Below, one piece after another: positions 1 through 5,641 of a DNA stretch of 9,463 nucleotides. Position 1 is the first letter of the stretch, and each line of letters begins with the position of its first letter. The translations under genes were made by a program, and so were the position numbers. The DNA is taken from contig JAEOSI010000074.1 in assembly GCA_016840425.1 (NCBI GenBank), positions 1-9,463 on the forward strand, in the 5' to 3' direction. A model generated the notes under the pieces. The model saw only the letters and a program-made list of their open reading frames with translations. It did not search any database and was not told the DNA's origin. The DNA comes from Candidatus Wukongarchaeum yapensis. GTDB taxonomy: Archaea; Asgardarchaeota; Wukongarchaeia; Wukongarchaeales; Wukongarchaeaceae.

Positions 1-31
1 TCAGAATCTGAAAATAACTGGTGTGGTTATT

Positions 32-781
32 ATGGTTAAAATAGCTGTGGTTCTATTAAGTGGCGGTTTAGATTCAACGACTACTTCTGCCTTTGCTAAA
101 AGTTTAGGTTATGAGGTTCATGCAATTACAGTTCATTACTGTCAAAAATTAAGCAAGGAAGTTTTAAGCGCTCAAAAGGTGACTGAAAAACTCGGCATAA
201 TTCATAAAATAATAGATATTTCACCGTTTAAGGAGGTTGCTTGGTATAGTGCGCTTACCAGCCCGGAATTGTTTGAAACTCCTAAAGGAAGAGCTGTAGA
301 GGATATGAAGGATGTCCCAATAACTTACGTTCCTATGAGAAACACTTTTCTCATAGTTTTAGCAGCCTCTTATTTAGAATCCCTGCTTTTGGATAATATT
401 GAAAGAAAGAACATAAAGCCTCGAGATATAGATGCAAAAATTTTCATAGCTGCTAATTATTTGGACTATTCTGGTTATCCTGATTGTAGGCCAGAGTATT
501 ATGAAAAATTTAACGAGTTAATGAATGTAGCAAGCAAGATTGGAGCGGAATACGGCGTAGAAATGGGAATAGAAACTCCTTTGCTTTATAAGGGGAAAAG
601 GGAAATAGTTGAATTGGGAATCGAATTGAATGCGCCTTTAGAATGGTCTTGGAGTTGTTATGAAGGCGGGGAAGTTCCTTGTGGTAAATGTGATTCTTGT
701 ATCTTAAGAGCTAAGGGATTTAGGGAAGCAGGGATAAAAGACCCGCTTATCGAGCGATTAAAACAAGAGGGCAGGCTTTGA
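32..781 (+). CDS. queC: 7-cyano-7-deazaguanine (preQ0) synthase QueC
   Basis: PP-loop SGGLDS, TYVPMRN, DYSGYPDCRPE and C-terminal Zn motif WSCYEGGEVPCGKCDSC. ATG32 is preferred over GTG23 because GGTGTGG (SD-like) lies at 20-26 and MVKIAVVLLSGG is a typical QueC N-terminus. The frame is open to the window edge. Confidence 0.95.
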   Translation: MVKIAVVLLSGGLDSTTTSAFAKSLGYEVHAITVHYCQKLSKEVLSAQKVTEKLGIIHKIIDISPFKEVAWYSALTSPELFETPKGRAVEDMKDVPITYVPMRNTFLIVLAASYLESLLLDNIERKNIKPRDIDAKIFIAANYLDYSGYPDCRPEYYEKFNELMNVASKIGAEYGVEMGIETPLLYKGKREIVELGIELNAPLEWSWSCYEGGEVPCGKCDSCILRAKGFREAGIKDPLIERLKQEGRL

Positions 782-809
782 AAGTTGCCTTATTGATCTC
801 TAAAACCCC

Positions 810-1277
810 TTATTCCTCAATGGGATATGTAGCTAAGTATCCCTCTGATTCTTGGATCGTAATCCGTAATCCGACGTTTTTCATTATCTTTGAAAGTTTT
901 TCATAGAAATACTTAGCTAATAGTTCGGTGGTAGTTGCTTCTATCGGTAAAATAACCACGTCATCTTTCGGGAAGTTATAGAGTTTTGCTCCATTCTTTT
1001 TGTAGATTAAAATGTTTTCTCCCTCGTTTTTTATGTCGATTTTTGGCGAGTTTCCTGGGATGAGTATCATATGGTCGATTTCTTTGCTTACTTTTCTTAT
1101 GGTTTCTCTTAGTTTAGCGTAATCGATAACCATGTAATCTGGGTCGATATCTCCTAAAACATCTATTTTAACCCTGTAGTTGTGTCCGTGAAGAGAGCCG
1201 CAGGTTTCATGGCCTGTAAGAAAGTGGGCGCAGCTGAAATCCAGTCTTCTATCATCGATATTTAATCCGAACTTCAT
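810..1277 (-). CDS. queD: 6-carboxy-5,6,7,8-tetrahydropterin synthase QueD (PTPS-I type, long form)
   Basis: FSCAH, CGSLHGHNY (CX3HGH signature of PTPS-I/QueD), IDH, TTTELLA and ESEG motifs. Strong SD AAGGAGG at 1287-1293. Start is ATG1277 or GTG1280. Confidence 0.92.
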   Translation of the reverse strand: MKFGLNIDDRRLDFSCAHFLTGHETCGSLHGHNYRVKIDVLGDIDPDYMVIDYAKLRETIRKVSKEIDHMILIPGNSPKIDIKNEGENILIYKKNGAKLYNFPKDDVVILPIEATTTELLAKYFYEKLSKIMKNVGLRITIQESEGYLATYPIEE

Positions 1278-1286
1278 CACTATTTT

Positions 1287-1293
1287 CCTCCTT
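1287..1293 (-). promoter_or_regulatory. Shine-Dalgarno site of queD
   Basis: Minus strand AAGGAGG, 6 nt before GTG1280 and 9 nt before ATG1277. Confidence 0.75.
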
Positions 1294-1365
1294 AGGGTGT
1301 TTTCCTACTTTGTTTTTAAAGTGTTCTAGTTTTTTGAACATCTTGACTTTTCTCTCTCTTTATGT

Positions 1366-2346
1366 TTAAACTTCATCTAATCTCGTGTTGTTTTCGCTTT
1401 TTTCTAAATCTTTTTTAAGTTCTCCTAGCGTAGTTATTGTTTCTGCGAAGGCGTTGTGTAGATGAATGCTTTCAAAATTTACCTGTCTTGCAAGAATCAC
1501 CGTGTCATCTGGAAGCTTGTCGCCATATCGATTGTAAAATCCTTTAAGAATTAGTCTGACGACATCTTCTACGAATTGAGGGTTGCTATGGGCTTTTATA
1601 ACTAGAGTTTGTTCGTCAGGTCTTTTAAGAAGTTCATAGATTGGAGCACTCATCGAATTTTCAACAATATCGATAAGCACATCAGCTTCTACTCGAAACT
1701 CTTCATCTGTTTCTACACAAAGGGTGCCCTTTCCTCTTTGGTTGTGAGAAGCAAAGGGAACCACTTTTAAAACTTTATTTATAACCTCTTCAGATACTCC
1801 TTCCTCACTCAGTTTTTCCGTGGCATATTGTTTAACTAGTTGTTGTGCACAAGGACAAATCGTTATGCCGAAAACTTCTACCCCTATTGTTTTCCTTAAA
1901 GAAACCTCGTTACCATTTTTAGTGGCAACTGCTTTTGCAAACAGCTCATAAAGAGATTGAATATCGATGTCCGTAGTAGGCGTTTTTCTTGGTAAATAAT
2001 AGTCTGCCCTGAGATTTATCTCAGCTCTTGTAGCTGCTTCTTGTCTTTCAAGAAGTCTTCTTGCTAACGAAGCACAAAGTCCCTCTGTATCAACGATTTT
2101 TTTCTGACCCGCGCTTTGTATCACTTCATCTATAACTTCCAAACACCGACTCATATGAATGCCCCTGCTCAAGGCCCCTAAGTCAACATATGCATCGATA
2201 ACGGTGTTTAACTCTCGGTATTGTCCTTCTCTCTCCCTTAAAATATGCCTCTTAACACCTTTTACTCCAACTCTTTTAATCGATAAATTAACTAGTGATT
2301 TACTTGATTGAACGTCTGGCAGCTCATAAACTACTTTTTTCAACAT
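1366..2346 (-). CDS. mptA: GTP cyclohydrolase, MptA/FolE2 (GCH-IB/IV) family
   Basis: LPDVQ, RGIHMSR, CPCAQ, SHNQRG, LLKRPDE, NPQFVEDVVR and NFESIHLHNAFAE motifs. Start moved from 2442 to ATG2346 (326 aa): AGGGG precedes it, and the 32 extra codons are low-complexity and overlap a TATA-like element. Confidence 0.92.
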   Translation of the reverse strand: MLKKVVYELPDVQSSKSLVNLSIKRVGVKGVKRHILREREGQYRELNTVIDAYVDLGALSRGIHMSRCLEVIDEVIQSAGQKKIVDTEGLCASLARRLLERQEAATRAEINLRADYYLPRKTPTTDIDIQSLYELFAKAVATKNGNEVSLRKTIGVEVFGITICPCAQQLVKQYATEKLSEEGVSEEVINKVLKVVPFASHNQRGKGTLCVETDEEFRVEADVLIDIVENSMSAPIYELLKRPDEQTLVIKAHSNPQFVEDVVRLILKGFYNRYGDKLPDDTVILARQVNFESIHLHNAFAETITTLGELKKDLEKSENNTRLDEV

Positions 2347-2431
2347 TTTTCCCCTTTTTAGAAAAAATTTTCTTAAATCAAAAACAACAAAAAATAAGTA
2401 GGTCAGTCGGGTAATAAAGCAACGCGTATAA

Positions 2432-2451
2432 TACTTAAACATTTTTTTTTC
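2432..2451 (-). promoter_or_regulatory. Putative archaeal BRE+TATA promoter for mptA-queD
   Basis: Minus strand GAAAAAAAAATG-TTTAAGTA: a purine tract followed by a TTTAWRTA-like box in the queE-mptA spacer, about 85 nt upstream of ATG2346. Confidence 0.4.
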
Positions 2452-2457
2452 TTGAAC

Positions 2458-3279
2458 TTAGAGGATGCCTATTGCTTTGTGCATTTGGGTGCTTATGGCG
2501 ATATTTTTTGGGGATAAATATTCTGCAGCTTTTTCTGTTAGTTTAAAAACGTGTTGGATGTTTGGCGCTTTTTTAATCGCCCCGTAAGGTGTCACTATTT
2601 GAAGGCATAAAGGAACGTCTATTTCTTCTAGTTTTTTAGCTATCCAAGAAACCTCTTCTTCGGTCGTGTTTTGTGTCACGACAACCTTTGCAAAAACCTC
2701 TTTCCCTGTGTCCTTGAAAATTTCCATTGTTTCAATTTCTTTATTTATTAAATTTTCCCAGTTCTTTTCATCCGATGCTCCCGAACTTCGATCTTTTACA
2801 TCACAGCAACAGTAATCAAAAAGATGAACTACCTCCCTTGCAACTTCGGGAAGACTTCCATTGGTTTCAAGATAGAGAATGTATCCTTCTTTTACAAGGA
2901 ATTCAGCCAAGTTTTTACAGTAATCATTTTGAAAAAGAGGTTCTCCGCCTGTAAACGAGATTGAATGCAAATCAGGGGATTCTAGCCTTTTGACCTGCTC
3001 TAAAACAAATTTTGCAGAACAAGGATTTGCATATCTTTGGAAATCTATGGTTCCAGGCGTACTTTGAACATTTACTTCTTCCACTTCTTTTTCCTTAGAA
3101 TTAGGAGAATCACACCATATACATCCCGAATGCTGTGATCCAAAATCGCCAAGGGCAATATTGCAACCTGTAAATCTTATAAAAATCTGTCTTTTACCAT
3201 AACAGGATCCTTTCAAAGCACTGCCTTCACCTTGAAATGATGAAAAAATTTCGTAAATAAACCCCTTTTCACCGCGCAT
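2458..3279 (-). CDS. queE: 7-carboxy-7-deazaguanine synthase QueE (radical SAM) with CX13CX2C motif
   Basis: EIFSSFQGEG, QIFIRFTGCN, CIWCDS, SFTGGEPLFQ, LETNGSL and QMHK C-terminal motifs. Adjacent to mptA, queD and queC. Confidence 0.93.
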   Translation of the reverse strand: MRGEKGFIYEIFSSFQGEGSALKGSCYGKRQIFIRFTGCNIALGDFGSQHSGCIWCDSPNSKEKEVEEVNVQSTPGTIDFQRYANPCSAKFVLEQVKRLESPDLHSISFTGGEPLFQNDYCKNLAEFLVKEGYILYLETNGSLPEVAREVVHLFDYCCCDVKDRSSGASDEKNWENLINKEIETMEIFKDTGKEVFAKVVVTQNTTEEEVSWIAKKLEEIDVPLCLQIVTPYGAIKKAPNIQHVFKLTEKAAEYLSPKNIAISTQMHKAIGIL

Positions 3280-3308
3280 TTTTACAAACCTTTCTCTTTA
3301 AAAACTTT

Positions 3309-3380
3309 AAAAAACGGAGATAGGGGATTTTTTTTGTTAATTTTAGCAGTAAAATAAGGGTCGTAGGTTCCCCTACCTTG
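3309..3380 (-). other. Intergenic inverted-repeat element (terminator-like or cis-regulatory RNA candidate)
   Basis: Minus strand GUAGG-GGAA-CCUAC hairpin (3363-3376). Alternative 10-bp helix 3369-3378 with 3318-3327. AUUUUA/UAAAAU hairpin at 3340-3355. U6 tract at 3309-3314. Confidence 0.4.
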
Positions 3381-3437
3381 TTCAAATAATGAATACCTTG
3401 CCTAATTATTAAGTTTTTGATTAAGATCGTATGATTA

Positions 3438-3875
3438 TTAGACCATAGCTTCGTTGCTGAGTATGGATCTTCTCGCCCGTTGTTTTGCAAAGTATGTGGT
3501 AGATATTGACAAAACCACGTTTCTGTGAGTTATTATGCCGACGATTTTTCCATCATCGTCTGTGATGAGTAGTCTTCGTATGTAGTGTTTTCTAAAAATT
3601 TTTAAAGCCTCTGGTAGAGATGTGTCTTTATGTGTAGTTATTAGAGGTGAACTCATAACCTCATATATTGACGTTGTTCTAGGGTCTTTACCTTTTGCTA
3701 CGACTTTTCGCAAAATATCGCGTTCTGTGAGCATTCCTACCGGCTCCCCGTCTTTAACGGCTAAAACGCTTCCAATAAGTTTTCTGTTCATTATTTTTGC
3801 GGCTTCTGTTATGCTGCTTTCCATAGGGACTGGTGTTACGCCGTGCATTATATCCTTATACACGGATTTTTTCAA
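3438..3875 (-). CDS. Stand-alone CBS-domain pair (Bateman module) protein
   Basis: Two CBS repeats: KDIM...SITEAAKIM..IGSVLAV...GMLTERDI and EVMSSPLIT...EALKIF..IRRLLI...VGIITHRN. Start uncertain: TTG3875 in frame, or TTG3882 with a 1-nt frameshift (see findings). Confidence 0.88.
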   Translation of the reverse strand: MKKSVYKDIMHGVTPVPMESSITEAAKIMNRKLIGSVLAVKDGEPVGMLTERDILRKVVAKGKDPRTTSIYEVMSSPLITTHKDTSLPEALKIFRKHYIRRLLITDDDGKIVGIITHRNVVLSISTTYFAKQRARRSILSNEAMV

Positions 3876-4015
3876 GACGCAACTTTTTCCCCACTTATCT
3901 TTTTGTTTTTTAATGGTTTGGTTTATTTATAAGTATAACGCTGCTATGAATTGATGTATGCCAACGTTCAGATTCCCTAAAACCTCTCAAAAAGAAAGAT
4001 AGCCAACACTCGATT

Positions 4016-4027
4016 AAAAAAGAAGAG
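4016..4027 (-). terminator. Possible archaeal U-tract terminator after the GTPase operon
   Basis: Minus strand CTCTTCTTTTTT begins about 16 nt after the stop at 4044. Confidence 0.3.
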
Positions 4028-4043
4028 TAAGCAAATGGTCGGA

Positions 4044-4709
4044 TTAGTAGCTTACCATGTTTCTAAGAAGCGAAAGTTGGCCATGTTTTGGCGCGCGCAA
4101 AATGCAAGAATCCAAATAACTTAAAGAGGCGCCCAACATATCTGTCCTGTATCCTCCCCCTAGAATTTCTGCGAATTCTAAAAACCACAAAATACTTTCC
4201 TTACGAAGCTCTTCTTTAAGAAAAACTACTAAATGCATCCTGTTACTTCCAGTCACTAACAACTGCTCCCCTAACATATTCAAACGAATAAATTTTTCTC
4301 CACTATCGGAAGCGTTCTCAAACCTTAATTCCAGAGTAGATACGTTTTGAGGCATGACTTCTAAAGGCGCAAAAGCATCATTATACTTTTTTTCCAAATT
4401 GTCTATTATAAGAACTCCTTTGAAATGGTTAAATCTAACATCTTTCACAAGCTCAGAATTCTCCCTAATCCACCTTTCCTCAACCTCTACCCTTCCCGGT
4501 TCAACCGACGTGATTCCCGCCGTATCTATTCCTCTTACAAAAAGATTCTTGTCCAAATAAAACGTTAGGGCGTGGGGCGGATCACCATGAACAAAAGTGA
4601 TACTCGTAGGGTCCACGGGAGAATTTTTAATCTCATCTTCATCAACTTCCACTAAAATTTTCTTATCACAAATTTTACAAAAAACTTCAACAGACTTTAA
4701 AGAAACCAC
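4044..4709 (-). CDS. Hypothetical protein: N-terminal CxxC-x26-HGxxxH putative Zn domain plus C-terminal alpha/beta domain (possibly longin/profilin-like)
   Basis: 221-aa ORF with GTG start and SD GAGGAGG at 4720-4726, 25 nt downstream of the GTPase stop. C11/C14/H41/H46 followed by LDKNLFVRG, a pattern I associate with Asgard proteins. The CDS is well supported, the fold is only inferred. Confidence 0.8.
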   Translation of the reverse strand: MVSLKSVEVFCKICDKKILVEVDEDEIKNSPVDPTSITFVHGDPPHALTFYLDKNLFVRGIDTAGITSVEPGRVEVEERWIRENSELVKDVRFNHFKGVLIIDNLEKKYNDAFAPLEVMPQNVSTLELRFENASDSGEKFIRLNMLGEQLLVTGSNRMHLVVFLKEELRKESILWFLEFAEILGGGYRTDMLGASLSYLDSCILRAPKHGQLSLLRNMVSY

Positions 4710-4719
4710 GGGAACTGAG

Positions 4720-4726
4720 CCTCCTC
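4720..4726 (-). promoter_or_regulatory. Shine-Dalgarno site of the GTPase-partner gene
   Basis: Minus strand GAGGAGG 10 nt before GTG4709, which supports polycistronic translation with the GTPase. Confidence 0.7.
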
Positions 4727-4734
4727 AAAAACTC

Positions 4735-5262
4735 CTATCGAAACTGAAACTGTTTCTGTCTTTTTTTAAGCATCCTCTCACTAATTTCCCTAAAAGCTTC
4801 ATAAACATTGAGATTCTCTTTAGAAGAAGTCTGAATAAACCCGCTTAAACTCCTTTTCTGTACGTATTCTCTTGCCACCTCTAACGAAACCACGCGGTCA
4901 CTCCTTAAATCCGCTTTAGTACCAATCAAAATAATAGGTATGTTATCCGTGCTTCCCCTTAAAATATCAAACCAGTCCTCCAGCTGTAAAAACGTTGAAT
5001 ATCTTGTCATATCAAAACACATTAACGCCCCTGCAGCCCCCCTGGCAAAATTAGGCAAAAGAACACGAAACTGTTTTTCTCCGCCGAAATCCCATATCTG
5101 AAGCTTTAATTTTTGATTATCTATATCGATAACTTTTGCACCAAATCCTGTTCCTATTGTCGCTCGTTGGTCAGAATATCTTCCATAACAGAAACGTTCC
5201 ACTAGACAAGTCTTTCCAACGCCGCCTTCCCCTGCCACAACAAGTTTTAAAACTAGAACCAT
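4735..5262 (-). CDS. Rab-like small GTPase (Ras superfamily)
   Basis: G1 GEGGVGKT, G2 ATIG, G3 WDFGGE, G4 TKAD, G5 TSSK. RabF-like motifs IGTGF, KLQIW, FARGA and CFDMT. No C-terminal Cys prenylation site. SD GAGGT at 5270-5274. Confidence 0.93.
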   Translation of the reverse strand: MVLVLKLVVAGEGGVGKTCLVERFCYGRYSDQRATIGTGFGAKVIDIDNQKLKLQIWDFGGEKQFRVLLPNFARGAAGALMCFDMTRYSTFLQLEDWFDILRGSTDNIPIILIGTKADLRSDRVVSLEVAREYVQKRSLSGFIQTSSKENLNVYEAFREISERMLKKRQKQFQFR

Positions 5263-5334
5263 TGATTAGACCTCAAATAGCCGCCCAAGTTATTTTAAAC
5301 CCTGAATTTTTTTGACAGATTTTATTTTATCCTT

Positions 5335-5402
5335 AGAAAAGTTATAATTTTAAACATATTTATTTTTCTGTAAGGTTAGTTTTACTGAGAAAGGTTATAA
5401 AA
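5335..5402 (+). promoter_or_regulatory. Tandem BRE/TATA-like direct repeat AGAAARGTTATAA
   Basis: AGAAAAGTTATAA at 5335-5347 and AGAAAGGTTATAA at 5388-5400 (one mismatch, 53 nt apart) in the 379-bp divergent intergenic region. Confidence 0.4.
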
Positions 5403-5628
5403 AAATTTTCATATTGTCAATTATCAAGTTCTAAAATAGAATCTCAAATAAGATGATAGCATAATATTCTAAAAATATTTTCAAATATTTCTCCGAAAAT
5501 AAGGTATAGTGTTTTTTTTAAAATAGTTTTATAACCAAAATATTTTAATTTTAACTGATCAATACCTTCTGTTATAGTTTTTTAAATTGTTAGAAAGTTG
5601 TTGATAATATGCAAATTTTCTTTTAATC

Positions 5629-5636
5629 TGAGGTCT
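5629..5636 (+). promoter_or_regulatory. Shine-Dalgarno site of the TRAP-beta-like gene
   Basis: TGAGGTCT before GTG5642. The same octamer precedes the divergent GTPase (minus strand 5268-5275). Confidence 0.65.
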
Positions 5637-5641
5637 CAGTA

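Noticed and set aside
1322-1341. Minus-strand AAAAAACTAG in the mptA-queD spacer resembles the 3' tail of preQ1-I riboswitches. It lies in a weak UGUUC/GAACA hairpin.
   Set aside because: The upstream P1 stem and ligand-binding loop required for preQ1-I are absent. A-tracts are common in this AT-rich DNA.
1252-1341. 29-codon minus-strand ORF (MFKKLEHFKNKVGKHPKEENSDEVRIKYR) overlapping the queD start
   Set aside because: No clear SD or motif, out of frame across the queD SD and start. The length is compatible with chance.
2347-2442. 32-aa N-terminal extension of MptA in the ORF track
   Set aside because: It overlaps a TATA-like promoter and T-rich intergenic sequence. Family similarity begins near LPDVQ and an SD-like AGGGG precedes ATG2346.
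2727-2954. 75-aa + strand ORF
   Set aside because: Antisense shadow inside queE, with no motif.
3269-3490. 73-aa - strand ORF spanning the CBS-queE spacer
   Set aside because: Overlaps both neighbours out of frame and translates poly-A/T tracts, with no motif or SD.
3622-3954. 110-aa + strand ORF
   Set aside because: Antisense to the CBS gene, shadow ORF.
4354-4848. 68-aa and 83-aa + strand ORFs (4354-4560, 4597-4848)
   Set aside because: Antisense to the GTPase operon and Ser/Phe-rich, as is typical of reverse-frame shadows.
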